From Chitinophagia bacterium (lineage in GTDB: Bacteria > Bacteroidota > Bacteroidia > Chitinophagales > Chitinophagaceae), in NCBI GenBank assembly GCA_037142775.1, contig JBAWZY010000003.1:160444-224443 (forward strand): 64,000 nt of DNA, read 5' to 3'. Shown piece after piece: positions 46,624 to 56,838 of the stretch. The position numbers were made by a program, and so were the translations under genes. How positions within the stretch are numbered: the stretch's first letter is position 1; each line of letters begins with the position of its first letter. The notes beneath the pieces were generated by a model. That model had not been told where the DNA came from and did not search any database. It saw only the letters and a list, made by a program, of their open reading frames with translations.

Positions 46624-47673
46624 ATGAGAAAGATAACCCTAAGAATTATTCCAGCACTATTTGCAGTTGCTATGTTCGTTTCCTGCGAAAAAGAATATAG
46701 CTTGGAAAACGGCGGATTCTCGATGACCGCTATGGGAACTTTATTAGATTCTTTGGGTAATTGTAAGCAAATAACAGTGAATGGTTCCTATAATGTTGAT
46801 GTAAATCTAACCAGTGCTAATTTCGTACAGGCGAATGTAAATTTTACTTCAACAGGTAAATACAAAATTTATTCCGATACAGTAAATGGTATGTGGTTTC
46901 AGGATTCTGGTTTTATTACATCAACCGGTGCACAAAAAGTTTCTATTAGAGGATATGGCAAACCTATTTTGCCAAAGTCGTCGGATTTCATTTTGAATTT
47001 CAATGGAACAGGCTGCACATTCAATGTTTCTGTAAGCGTATCCGGAGGATCAGGTGGAGGTGGCAGTGATTATTTTCCCACAACGAAAGCGAGCAACTGG
47101 ACATACCGATATTCACCAAGTATAGGCAACATAGATACATTTAGAGTGGAGGCGTTGGTTGATAGTTTTAAAATTGATAGTTTAATGTATTACCAATTTG
47201 CCCGTTCGCTGGGAGATACATTTTACTTTGCCAAAAACAGTGCAATTGGAAATTACTATGCGCTAAGCACGATTGATTTTGATTATGCTTTCATATTTGA
47301 TTCTGTACCTCAGTTATTAATAACATACCCATTTCTTAAAGAAAGGGCTTTAGTTAATGAGAGCTGGGAAACGCAGGAATATGGTACTGTAAAATTTACC
47401 ACAGCCGGAGTTACAGAATATGGAGTTACCAAAGCTTCCTTTACCATTATTTCGAAAAATACTGTACCCTACACTGTTGGAGGCAGTACCTATCAGAATG
47501 TTATTGCGGTAGGAAGAAAGATTCTATTTAAGCCCACTAATGGAACATCATTCCGAACAGTATTATCTGGTACATCTTATTACGCTAAGGGATTTGGGCT
47601 AATTGATCAGGTGTTGGGTACTTCTCCCAGTACGCAATCTATCTCGCTTATCAGACTGCCAACAATTTATTAG
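46624..47673 (+). CDS. Two-domain surface lipoprotein, hypothetical
   Basis: Lipobox FVSC followed by EKEYS, beta-rich domain, GGSGGGGS linker, second domain beginning DYFPTT..SNWTY. The ATG at 46624 is preferred over the TTG at 46600. Confidence 0.75.
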   Translation: MRKITLRIIPALFAVAMFVSCEKEYSLENGGFSMTAMGTLLDSLGNCKQITVNGSYNVDVNLTSANFVQANVNFTSTGKYKIYSDTVNGMWFQDSGFITSTGAQKVSIRGYGKPILPKSSDFILNFNGTGCTFNVSVSVSGGSGGGGSDYFPTTKASNWTYRYSPSIGNIDTFRVEALVDSFKIDSLMYYQFARSLGDTFYFAKNSAIGNYYALSTIDFDYAFIFDSVPQLLITYPFLKERALVNESWETQEYGTVKFTTAGVTEYGVTKASFTIISKNTVPYTVGGSTYQNVIAVGRKILFKPTNGTSFRTVLSGTSYYAKGFGLIDQVLGTSPSTQSISLIRLPTIY

Positions 47674-47684
47674 CAATTACTCAA

Positions 47685-48362
47685 CTACAATATTTGATTC
47701 TGGTCATTAACCACCGTTTTAGTTTCGATGGTGTGGGTTCTTTTTTCTTCAGGGCGAACCATTAATTTATTTTGGAATAAGAGAAGCACAATTACACCTG
47801 TTGAGATAGATGCATCAGCCAAATTAAAAACGGGTCTAAAGAATTCAAACTCCTCTCCCCCCCAAACAGGAATCCAATTAGGAAAATGTGCATGTGTAAT
47901 AATGGGGAAATAAAGCATGTCTACTACTTTACCATGCAACAAAGATGCATAGCCACCCCCTGGAGGAAAAAAGCGAGCAATATTCTGGCTGAGTGGATTA
48001 CTTTGTTCAAAAATTATTCCGTAAAACATGCTGTCGATTAAATTACCCAAAGCCCCTGCATAGATTAGGGCTGCACAAACCAGGAAACCAGTATGGTATT
48101 TTTTTTGAACAAAATCACGAAGCAAAAAACTTCCCCAGATTACAGCAACCAATCTAAAAAGGGTAAGCATTATTTTGCCAACGTCCCCGCCAAACTTCCA
48201 TCCCCAAGCCATGCCTTCATTTTCAACAAAATGTAAGCGAAACCAATTGGCAATCATTACATGTTCCTCACCTGCATAAAAATGCAATTTAACATAAAAT
48301 TTTAAAGCCTGATCGGCGATTACTACCAGGAAAATAATCAATGCCAATTGTTTCAGTTTCAC
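47685..48362 (-). CDS. lspA: Lipoprotein signal peptidase (SPase II)
   Basis: ADQALK, VENEGMAWG, GALGNLIDS, V.DM, PVFNLAD. GTG start. Confidence 0.95.
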   Translation of the reverse strand: MKLKQLALIIFLVVIADQALKFYVKLHFYAGEEHVMIANWFRLHFVENEGMAWGWKFGGDVGKIMLTLFRLVAVIWGSFLLRDFVQKKYHTGFLVCAALIYAGALGNLIDSMFYGIIFEQSNPLSQNIARFFPPGGGYASLLHGKVVDMLYFPIITHAHFPNWIPVWGGEEFEFFRPVFNLADASISTGVIVLLLFQNKLMVRPEEKRTHTIETKTVVNDQNQIL

Positions 48363-48384
48363 TATCTTAATTTTTGAGTAGATG

Positions 48385-48392
48385 CAAATATA
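48385..48392 (-). promoter_or_regulatory. -7 element (TATATTTG) for lspA
   Basis: Exact TAnnTTTG match followed by CA, 22 nt upstream of the start. Confidence 0.55.
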
Positions 48393-48450
48393 GCAATTGC
48401 CAGAAATGCCTTACCATATTCATCTTTTTTTAACCTATTCCTCTCATAAT

Positions 48451-50928
48451 TTACTCTTCCCAATATACCCGTTTTACCCTATGGCTAATGCCGGTCATGA
48501 TTTCATAAGCTATTGTACCAGCGCGGGAAGCCAGCTCTGAAATGGGTATATTACGCCCAAACACTTCCACTTTGGAGCCCGGAAAAATATCGGATATGTT
48601 GGTAACATCCAGCATTGCCATATCCATACAAACATGTCCTACAATTTTTGCCCGTTTATTTCCGACCCACATTTCCCCTTTACCCATGCCTAATGCTCGG
48701 GGATAACCATCGGCATATCCAATATTTACAACGGCTATTGTTGTATCATTTTCCATAACCGAATCCAAACCATATCCCACTCTTTCACCTGCAGCTACTT
48801 TTCTAATTTGTGCAATAGTAGAAGTTAATGTGGCAACCGGTTCAAGTGCAAGGCTACCCTGTTCAGTACCCCCATACATACCCATTCCCAAACGCACCAT
48901 ATCCAATTGAGTATCGGGATGCATTTGAATAGCAGCTGAGTTGGCAATATGCCGTATGAAGGAATATGGCAAAGCATTGGCTAATTGATTGCAACAGGCT
49001 ATAAAAATTTGTAGCTGCTGATGGGTAACCGAACTGGCTGAAGGATTCTCACTTGCAATGAAATGACTGAAAACCGTTTGAATTCGAATTTGATGGTTGT
49101 TTATCAATAAAGTACAGAGTGCTGGTAATTCATCCGGATTAAATCCCAATCGGTTCATTCCGGTATTTATTTTGAGGTGAACAGGAAAATTTTCTAACCC
49201 CTGCTTACTTAAAAAAAGTAAAAACCGTTGCAGGAAATAATTGGAATAAATTTCGGGCTCAAGTTGATATTGAATAAGGGATTCCCAGGCATTTTCTTCT
49301 GCATTCATCACCATTATTGGTAAACTTATGCCGGCCTTTCGCAATTCAATTCCCTCATCTACATAGGCTACCGCCAGATAATGAACCTGATGATGGGAAA
49401 GCAATTTGGCAATTTCCGCACTCCCTGTACCATATCCGAAAGCTTTTAGCACAACCATCATTTTAGTAGATGCATGTAAAACAGATTGATGCTTTTGAAT
49501 ATTTCTCGCCAGGGAACTCAAATTGATACTCAATTCCGTTTGATGCGTTTTTAATTCGAGTTGTTGAACAATCCGTTCAAAGGCAAAAACACGGGCACCC
49601 TTTAACAAAATGATTCGACTTTGAAAATCTTTAAGTGGCAACTGCGCCAGAAAAGATTCGGTATCCGGATAGAAAGTTGCTGAAAGAAAACATTCTTTAA
49701 ATACAGCGGATTGTTGGGATATTCTTACCCCAATGCCAATCAATTCGCGAACTCCTTTTTCCTTCATCATAGCTGCCAGGCGACGATATAATTCGGCATC
49801 CGGACTTTCGGGAGCGGGTATATCACTCAAAATAACCAATGGAGTAAGTTCCCCTGCCTGCTTCATTTGATAATCTATTGCCAACGCAAGCGCAGTTTCA
49901 TCGTTACTATAACTATCATTGATAATCGTACAGCCAGATATACCCTTAACAAGTTGCATCCGCATATCTAATGGCTGCAGCTGACATAATCGGGAAGTGG
50001 CTTCTCCTACCGAATAACCAAACGCAACCAGCGTTAACCAACAGGTTAATGCATTATTTATTGAAATTCGATCAGTAAATGGTATGGTAATCGATATATT
50101 CTCTCGATGATACGTTGCTGAAACAACTGTTTGTCCGACTTCCACATTTTCGCTAATAATTTGCAAACTGGCAGGCTGTTTTCTACTCCAGGTGAAAACA
50201 CTTGCATCTTGCTTTATATCGGGTATTGCCTGTTCTATTTCATCTATAGCATACACCAGTGTATTTACTGAGGAAAATAATTGTGCTTTTTCCGATAATT
50301 TTTGCTGCCGGTTGGTAAAACCCTCACTATGTGCATCCGACAGATTGGTAAAAATGCCAATAGTAGGTTGAATAATTTTTTGTAAAGGCAACATCTCATG
50401 TGTGGTTGAAATGCCAGCTTCGAATATTCCCAAGGTATGTTGCCGATTCATCTGCCATACACTTAAGGGAACACCAATCTGAGAATTGTAACTTCTCGGA
50501 CTCCGCACAATAACCTGATCACTTTGCATTAATTGATATAGCCATTCTTTCACAATCGTTTTACCATTACTTCCGGTAATACCAATCACAGGAATAGCAA
50601 ATAAGCTTCGGTGAAAAGCTGCCAGCTGCTGCAAAGCCTTACGCACATTGGGTACACGAAGCAATACTACTTCCTGAATAATTTCGGTACTATAGTTTTC
50701 CTGAACTACAAAAGCCCTAACCCCGCGATTAATTAATTCCTGTATATAATCTTCCCCTGATCTTCTTGGTCCGGCCAAAGCAAAAAATAGTGTTTCAGCA
50801 GGAGAAAAAATTCGCCTGCTATCGGTTTGCAGGTAACGGATGGGGAAATCATCACCCAAATGTATCGACGCTCCTAAATGAGCAGCGATTTGCCGGATAG
50901 TATAGGTTACAGGTGCACTATTATTCAT
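48451..50928 (-). CDS. alr: Bifunctional MurF-like ligase / alanine racemase fusion
   Basis: N-terminal Mur ligase (DSR, GITGSNGKT, NSQIGVP, FEAGIS, NDSY) and C-terminal Alr (VLKAFGYG, HLKINTGMNRLG, VGYG, GYADG, CMD, TI.YE). Confidence 0.93.
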   Translation of the reverse strand: MNNSAPVTYTIRQIAAHLGASIHLGDDFPIRYLQTDSRRIFSPAETLFFALAGPRRSGEDYIQELINRGVRAFVVQENYSTEIIQEVVLLRVPNVRKALQQLAAFHRSLFAIPVIGITGSNGKTIVKEWLYQLMQSDQVIVRSPRSYNSQIGVPLSVWQMNRQHTLGIFEAGISTTHEMLPLQKIIQPTIGIFTNLSDAHSEGFTNRQQKLSEKAQLFSSVNTLVYAIDEIEQAIPDIKQDASVFTWSRKQPASLQIISENVEVGQTVVSATYHRENISITIPFTDRISINNALTCWLTLVAFGYSVGEATSRLCQLQPLDMRMQLVKGISGCTIINDSYSNDETALALAIDYQMKQAGELTPLVILSDIPAPESPDAELYRRLAAMMKEKGVRELIGIGVRISQQSAVFKECFLSATFYPDTESFLAQLPLKDFQSRIILLKGARVFAFERIVQQLELKTHQTELSINLSSLARNIQKHQSVLHASTKMMVVLKAFGYGTGSAEIAKLLSHHQVHYLAVAYVDEGIELRKAGISLPIMVMNAEENAWESLIQYQLEPEIYSNYFLQRFLLFLSKQGLENFPVHLKINTGMNRLGFNPDELPALCTLLINNHQIRIQTVFSHFIASENPSASSVTHQQLQIFIACCNQLANALPYSFIRHIANSAAIQMHPDTQLDMVRLGMGMYGGTEQGSLALEPVATLTSTIAQIRKVAAGERVGYGLDSVMENDTTIAVVNIGYADGYPRALGMGKGEMWVGNKRAKIVGHVCMDMAMLDVTNISDIFPGSKVEVFGRNIPISELASRAGTIAYEIMTGISHRVKRVYWEE

Positions 50929-51934
50929 CTGCAGGCATATCGGCAGGCAAGCCTTTCTTATTGATAAATAAAGAATAAAAAATGGAACCCGAAATACAAA
51001 CTACAATAACAAGTAAAGAAATGATTACTTGTATATTTTTACTGAGCCACTGACTTATATAATGCTCACCCAACATTTTTAGTCCGATAAAAACCAACAC
51101 AATTGCAATCCCCTGTTGTAAATAATCAAACTTTGAAACGGCTGTCCGCAACAAAAAGAATAAACTTCTCAAACCGAGCACAGCAAAAATATTGGAAGTG
51201 TATATAATCAATGGGTCTTTGGAAATGCCCATTACTGCAGGAATTGAGTCCAATGCAAAAACAAGATCAATAGCTGCCAGTAATAAAATCACTACAAATA
51301 AGCTTGTATACAAACCCTTTCCATTTTCACGGATATAGAATTTTCCTTCCCCATCATGACTTGCCAGCGGAAATATTTTTTTGATTTGTTGATAGATCCA
51401 GCTCTTATGGGGATCAAATTCATCTTCCTCCCCAGCTGTAAACATTTTATAGCCAGTATACACTAGAAAAACGCCGAACAAATATAATATCCATGAAAAC
51501 TGCTGCACCAGGGCAACCCCAACCGTAATAAACAAAATGCGAAAAAAGATTGCCATCAAAATCCCAACCAGCAATACACGGGAATAATAAACCGGCTTCA
51601 CCCTGAAGGCATTGAAAATGATGATAAAAACAAAAATATTGTCAATGCTTAAACTCCATTCCATTAAATATGCACTAATAAATTCCAATGCCAACTGGGA
51701 AGAGGCTGCCTGCTGCTGCAGTGCAGTGGTTTGATTTTCCATGGAAAGAGCATGACCTTCCATCAATAAAAACACAAAAAATAACAATGCCAGGGATACC
51801 CAAAAAAAAGTTTGATATAACGCTTTTTTTAAAGTGACTGTTGTATTTTTTTTACTCAGCAACCCTAAATCAATTATCAATGCCACTGCTAAGATGACGC
51901 CAAAAACAACATACACAATTTGATGGACTGACAT
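50921..51934 (-). CDS. TerC/Alx-family membrane protein
   Basis: YLMEWSLSIDNIFVF, FALDSIPAV, YTSNIFAVLGLRSLFF. Confidence 0.93.
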   Translation of the reverse strand: MSVHQIVYVVFGVILAVALIIDLGLLSKKNTTVTLKKALYQTFFWVSLALLFFVFLLMEGHALSMENQTTALQQQAASSQLALEFISAYLMEWSLSIDNIFVFIIIFNAFRVKPVYYSRVLLVGILMAIFFRILFITVGVALVQQFSWILYLFGVFLVYTGYKMFTAGEEDEFDPHKSWIYQQIKKIFPLASHDGEGKFYIRENGKGLYTSLFVVILLLAAIDLVFALDSIPAVMGISKDPLIIYTSNIFAVLGLRSLFFLLRTAVSKFDYLQQGIAIVLVFIGLKMLGEHYISQWLSKNIQVIISLLVIVVCISGSIFYSLFINKKGLPADMPADE

Positions 51935-51943
51935 GGCAAATTT

Positions 51944-53707
51944 TTAGGATTTTTCAGAAACAGGCGCTTGATATTTTTTCTTTCGATATTGCTGCATCGC
52001 AAATGCTATCAACCCCAACAATAAAATTGGTAAAAATATATTAATCAGTTGCCACGTAAATCTTTCCTTCTCTACCCGATTCTTATCTAATAAACGCAAT
52101 ATAAAATCTTTATTTCTGCTTTCGTATAGTTTACGTTCACTCACCAGATAATCCAGCGCATTGAGAAAAAAATCGCGATTGGCAAAGCGATAATTTTCAA
52201 AAGGCAATTCACCCATTGCTTGCGGACCCATGGCAGCCGAAACAGGATTGGTAACGATGTCGGCATCGGAAACCACAATTTGCCGGTTGGGTGTTCGGGT
52301 TGCAGCAGCATAAGGAACTCCACTTGCTCTTAATACCGAATCCTGCAAGGCCACACTGGCACGCCCTGCAAAAAGGGAAGCAAAATTTCCCTCCAATAAA
52401 ACCGCTACCGGTAAATAACTCTTTCGAAAACTGCTAAAATCTTCATCCGACTGAACACTATTCAATGAAACGATAGCAGGGGAACTGATGCTTCTGCTAT
52501 TGGAATCCGTAGATAATAAAATTGTTTTTTGAATGCCCGGCGATTTAACAGTGTCAATACCAGAAGGAAAAACTGGCAATACCCTATCCAGATTTGCCAC
52601 AATAGGATGTGGGTTGCGCGCACTTAAAAATGGATAATATGGCCAGGGAATTCGGCGCATAACCGGACTACCATCTGGATTTTTACCAACCACTATGGGC
52701 AGTTTGGCACAATTCAAATCCTGCAACAAGTCGGGGCGGATGCGAACTCCATATTTAAATAGCAAATCATCCAAATCCAGTCCCCTATCGAAAGCTGTAT
52801 ATTCGCCCTTAGTGCGCATAAGACTATCGAGTTCGGCATGCAGCTTATCTATGAACCATATAATTTTTCCACCCTGCATTACATATTGGTCGAGTTTTAA
52901 TTTGTCTTCGTCGGTAAAAGGCTGGGTAGGTTTAACAACAATAAGACACTGAATTTGCGAACCGGATGGAAATGCTTTTTTTAAATCAAATATCCCCAAT
53001 CGGTACTGATTGCGTAAGGTTTCTACTAAATCACTCACCGAATAATCCATTGGCTCTCCATTTCCGGTGAGGTAGGCTACTACCGGTACATTTTTACGGG
53101 TAAGTTTATCAATGGCATCGGCAAACTTATATTCAAGTAAAGCTTCGGCAGCATTACGAGTTGCTTCGATATCTACCTGGGGAGATTCGTTGATAACATC
53201 AAAGGGTCGAAATATTTTACGACTACTTCGTAAGTCGATGGCAATAGGTGCTTGATTACTTCGAAAACTCACTAATGCAGATGGAATGATCCGCTGACTA
53301 ACCTTTTTTTCTCGCTTGGCACCAATTTGCTCGGCGGTTTCTGCTACTACACCCAATTTTGTGAGGCTATCAAAAAGATGAGCTCTAACAGAATCATCTT
53401 TAATATTTTCATCCGGTAAAACAAAACTTACACGAAGATGATTGTGGGATACTGTTTTGAATTCATCCAGCAATTCAGCTGTAGCTACAGACAATTTTTT
53501 GTAATCTGCCGGCAGATCACCCGTTAAAAAAACCTGAATGGCTACGGTACTATCGAGATCATTTAATAACTGCCGAGTAGAAGGAGAAAGGGAAAATCTT
53601 TTTTCGGATGTAAGATCAATTCTTGCATACCAGCCCACAGTGGCATAAATTGCTACAATAAGCAATACGCCTGCGAATACAATTCCATATTTGCTAATCA
53701 ATTTCAT
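51944..53707 (-). CDS. gldG: Gliding motility ABC transporter auxiliary component
   Basis: RIDLTSEKRFSLS, LEY.FA.AI.KL, LDQYVM.GG, W.Y.P, N.DFFLN.LDYL, WQ.IN..LP. Downstream of gldF. Confidence 0.9.
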   Translation of the reverse strand: MKLISKYGIVFAGVLLIVAIYATVGWYARIDLTSEKRFSLSPSTRQLLNDLDSTVAIQVFLTGDLPADYKKLSVATAELLDEFKTVSHNHLRVSFVLPDENIKDDSVRAHLFDSLTKLGVVAETAEQIGAKREKKVSQRIIPSALVSFRSNQAPIAIDLRSSRKIFRPFDVINESPQVDIEATRNAAEALLEYKFADAIDKLTRKNVPVVAYLTGNGEPMDYSVSDLVETLRNQYRLGIFDLKKAFPSGSQIQCLIVVKPTQPFTDEDKLKLDQYVMQGGKIIWFIDKLHAELDSLMRTKGEYTAFDRGLDLDDLLFKYGVRIRPDLLQDLNCAKLPIVVGKNPDGSPVMRRIPWPYYPFLSARNPHPIVANLDRVLPVFPSGIDTVKSPGIQKTILLSTDSNSRSISSPAIVSLNSVQSDEDFSSFRKSYLPVAVLLEGNFASLFAGRASVALQDSVLRASGVPYAAATRTPNRQIVVSDADIVTNPVSAAMGPQAMGELPFENYRFANRDFFLNALDYLVSERKLYESRNKDFILRLLDKNRVEKERFTWQLINIFLPILLLGLIAFAMQQYRKKKYQAPVSEKS

Positions 53708-54444
53708 ATACGCTGAGGTGCACTGGAATGTTCCATTCGATGTTGGGTGATGAAAAGAAAATAGGCAGTAACTGCTATAAAATAAAATAGGTCGCGGGTA
53801 TCCATCACACCTCGGCTAATACTGCTATAATGAAATTTCATTCCCAGCATCTGTACATAATATTCACTTTCGGCAGGTAATCCGGCGAGTTTACTAATAG
53901 AATCAAATCCGCTATAAAGAAAAAGGCTTATTAATAAACCAATGATAAAAGCAACCACTGTGTTTGCGGTTAAGCTGCTGGCGGCTATTCCAATTGCTGT
54001 TATCATAGCCCCTAACAACAATAAGCCGATATAACTACCAACAACTCCTCCCAGATCTATTCCACCCGAAACACTCAACTGCTGCAAAGTGAAAGCATAT
54101 AAAAGCGTAGGCAATAAAGCAGCCCATACGATTAACAAAGCACCCAGAAATTTACCCAAAACCAATTGCCAGGAAGCAATAGGCAAAGTGCGCAACATTT
54201 CATAATACCCCGAACGATATTCATCCGAAAAACTACGCATGGTAATAATTGGTATAAATACCATCATTACCAGGGGGACCCATCTAAAAAAAGGAGTTAA
54301 ACTGGCATATCCATCTTCGAGTAAACTGGTGTCGGGAAAAACAAAAAATAACAATCCGTTTAGAACGAAAAAGGCAGCTAATGCCAGGTAGCCTGTTAAG
54401 CTGCTAAAAAAATGAGCCCACTCTTTTTTACATATAACCCACAT
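53704..54444 (-). CDS. gldF: Gliding motility ABC transporter permease
   Basis: KEW..FFSSLTGY, P.ITMRSFSDE..SG..E.L.TLP, HY.SISRGV.D.RDL.YF. Confidence 0.9.
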   Translation of the reverse strand: MWVICKKEWAHFFSSLTGYLALAAFFVLNGLLFFVFPDTSLLEDGYASLTPFFRWVPLVMMVFIPIITMRSFSDEYRSGYYEMLRTLPIASWQLVLGKFLGALLIVWAALLPTLLYAFTLQQLSVSGGIDLGGVVGSYIGLLLLGAMITAIGIAASSLTANTVVAFIIGLLISLFLYSGFDSISKLAGLPAESEYYVQMLGMKFHYSSISRGVMDTRDLFYFIAVTAYFLFITQHRMEHSSAPQRI

Positions 54445-54448
54445 AACT

Positions 54449-54456
54449 CAAAACTA
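54449..54456 (-). promoter_or_regulatory. -7 element (TAGTTTTG) near the gldF start
   Basis: Exact TAnnTTTG match, but only 4 nt from the ATG, so less certain. Confidence 0.35.
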
Positions 54457-54544
54457 CTGGATATTCATCAATATGTGCCTGCTACTGCAACAGTTTAGGT
54501 ATTTTATCACATATTAAAGCAGGCAATTATACGCGTACCATAAC

Positions 54545-54570
54545 AAAAAAACAGCCCGAAGGCTGCTTTT
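54545..54570 (-). terminator. Intrinsic terminator of the isc operon
   Basis: Minus strand AAAAG-CAGCC-TTCG-GGCTG-TTTTTTT: GC stem with UUCG tetraloop and a 7-U tail, about 20 nt after the iscA stop. Confidence 0.85.
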
Positions 54571-54589
54571 ACATCGTATTAGTTAACTT

Positions 54590-54940
54590 TTATACTGCGA
54601 AGCTTTCACCACATCCGCAACTTCGACTGGCATTGGGATTATTAAAATAAAAACCTTTGCCATTTAATCCATCAGAAAAATCGAGTTCGGTATTTACCAG
54701 GTATAAAAAACTCTTTAAATCGGTTACAATTTTAATTCCATTGTGCTCAAAGGTTTGATCCATGGGTTTAATCTCGTTATCAAAATCCATTTGATAACTC
54801 AATCCAGAACATCCTCCCCCTACAACACCTACTCGCAGAAAATACCCTTCAGCATCGGATAAACCGGCTTCCTGCATAAGTTGATGCACTTTTGCACGGG
54901 CTTTATCGCTGATGTAAATGCTATTTTCAGTATCTACCAT
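54590..54940 (-). CDS. iscA: A-type Fe-S carrier (HesB/IscA)
   Basis: GGGCSGLSY, F.NPNA..SCGCGESF. Confidence 0.93.
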   Translation of the reverse strand: MVDTENSIYISDKARAKVHQLMQEAGLSDAEGYFLRVGVVGGGCSGLSYQMDFDNEIKPMDQTFEHNGIKIVTDLKSFLYLVNTELDFSDGLNGKGFYFNNPNASRSCGCGESFAV

Positions 54941-54970
54941 AAAATATAGCAGGAATTATTTTGCGTTTGA

Positions 54971-55387
54971 TTAGTGAATCTTCTCTTCGAAAACCAGTTC
55001 TTCCAAACCGTTCTTTTTACGGTAATCATTGATTGCCGACTTAATAGCATCTTCTGCTAATACTGAGCAGTGAATTTTAACAGGAGGCAAGTTGAGCTCC
55101 TCAACCAAATCCATATTATCAATTTGAACAGCCTGATCTACTGTTTTTCCTTTTAGCCATTCAGTTGCCAATGAAGATGATGCAATGGCAGAACCACAAC
55201 CAAAGGTTTTAAATTTAGCATCGGTAATTACGCCGGTTGATTCATCTACTTCAATTTGAAGGCGCATTACGTCTCCACATTCGGGAGCACCCACTAAACC
55301 TGTACCTACGTTTTTCTTTGATTTATCGAGTGTACCAACATTCTTTGGGTTGCTGTAATGATCGATAACTTTTTCTGAGTATGCCAT
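54971..55387 (-). CDS. iscU: Fe-S cluster scaffold
   Basis: YSEKVIDHY.NP.NVG, GAPECGD, FGCGSAIAS, LPPVKIHCS. Confidence 0.96.
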   Translation of the reverse strand: MAYSEKVIDHYSNPKNVGTLDKSKKNVGTGLVGAPECGDVMRLQIEVDESTGVITDAKFKTFGCGSAIASSSLATEWLKGKTVDQAVQIDNMDLVEELNLPPVKIHCSVLAEDAIKSAINDYRKKNGLEELVFEEKIH

Positions 55388-55420
55388 GATTGCTGTTATT
55401 TTCTAATGACTTAATATATT

Positions 55421-56638
55421 TTAATGATGTGCCCACTCTATCTTATCCAAATCGATTCCTTCTTTGAACATTTCCCAAAGCGGACTCATCTCACGCAGTT
55501 TTAGAACGGTATCGGTAACTGCTTTAATTGTATAATCAATTTGCTCTTCGGTAGTAAATCTTCCCAATCCAAATCGAAGAGAACTATGTGCGAGATCGTC
55601 TCCTAAACCCAATGCTTTTAACACGTAGCTTGGCTCTAAGGAGGCAGAGGTGCAAGCAGAGCCGGAAGAGAGGGCAATATTTTTATTGAATCCCATCATC
55701 AAACCTTCCCCTTCTACATATTTAAATGAAACATTGCTTACATGTGGAAGGCGATGTTGTTTACTTCCATTCACATAAGATTCCTCTATTTGCAGTAAAG
55801 CAACTTCTAGTTTATCGCGCAACTTGCTTAATCTTTCGGCATCGGTTTGCATTTCTGCTGCGGCGAGTTCGCAGGCTTTTCCAAAACCAACTATACCCGG
55901 AACATTTAGTGTTCCGCTGCGCATACCGCGTTCATGACCACCGCCATCCATTTGAGCCGTAACTTTAACTCTTGGATTTTTTCTCCGAACATATAAAGCA
56001 CCTATCCCTTTGGGTCCATACATCTTATGAGCAGTAAATGCCATCAAATCAATACCATCCTCATTCACATTCACAGGAATCTTGCCAACCGCCTGAACTG
56101 CATCTGTAAAGAATAATACTCCATGCTTCTTGGCAATGCGGCTGATTTCTTTTACCGGTTGAATCACCCCAATTTCGTTATTGGCATACATGATAGCAAT
56201 TAAAATAGTGGTAGGCTTAATTGCTGCTTCCAGTTCATCCAAATTAATTAATCCCTCATTGTTTACGGTAAGATAGGTTACTTCTCCTCCCGTTTTTTCG
56301 ATATGCTTACAGGTATCTAAAACTGCTTTATGCTCTGTAGTGCAAGTGATAACATGATTTCCTTTAGAGGCATACATTTCGTATACTCCTTTAATTGCAA
56401 GGTTATCGGCCTCAGTAGCACCGGAAGTAAAAATAATTTCTTTTGGATCGGCACCCACCAACTTGGCTACCTGCTCGCGAGCATAATCAACTGCTTCTTC
56501 AGCCTGCCAGCCAAATGGATGATTTCTACTGGCAGCATTGCCAAAAAAATCGGTAAAATAGGGTAACATAGCTTCCAACACCCTGGGATCCATGGGAGTG
56601 GTAGCGTTGTTGTCGAGATAAACAGGTAACTTCAACAT
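55421..56638 (-). CDS. iscS: Cysteine desulfurase (class I)
   Basis: [38 protein letters not shown]-terminal IEWAHH. Confidence 0.96.
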   Translation of the reverse strand: MLKLPVYLDNNATTPMDPRVLEAMLPYFTDFFGNAASRNHPFGWQAEEAVDYAREQVAKLVGADPKEIIFTSGATEADNLAIKGVYEMYASKGNHVITCTTEHKAVLDTCKHIEKTGGEVTYLTVNNEGLINLDELEAAIKPTTILIAIMYANNEIGVIQPVKEISRIAKKHGVLFFTDAVQAVGKIPVNVNEDGIDLMAFTAHKMYGPKGIGALYVRRKNPRVKVTAQMDGGGHERGMRSGTLNVPGIVGFGKACELAAAEMQTDAERLSKLRDKLEVALLQIEESYVNGSKQHRLPHVSNVSFKYVEGEGLMMGFNKNIALSSGSACTSASLEPSYVLKALGLGDDLAHSSLRFGLGRFTTEEQIDYTIKAVTDTVLKLREMSPLWEMFKEGIDLDKIEWAHH

Positions 56639-56663
56639 GAAACTAATATTTTCAACTATAACA

Positions 56664-56671
56664 CAAAAGTA
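56664..56671 (-). promoter_or_regulatory. -7 element (TACTTTTG) for iscS-iscU-iscA
   Basis: Exact TAnnTTTG match 25 nt upstream of the iscS ATG. Confidence 0.55.
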
Positions 56672-56838
56672 CTACAATAGGTTGTGCTTTGAAATAAGGA
56701 ATGGAAATGCAGCCCCGATTTTCCATATTTCGTAAAAGAATAGGCAATTATTGGGTATTTTTAACATTTCTGAACTAAGCAAGCAATTGTTATAAATTAT
56801 TTATTTTTTAATATTATTAAATTTTATACTTTGTATTT

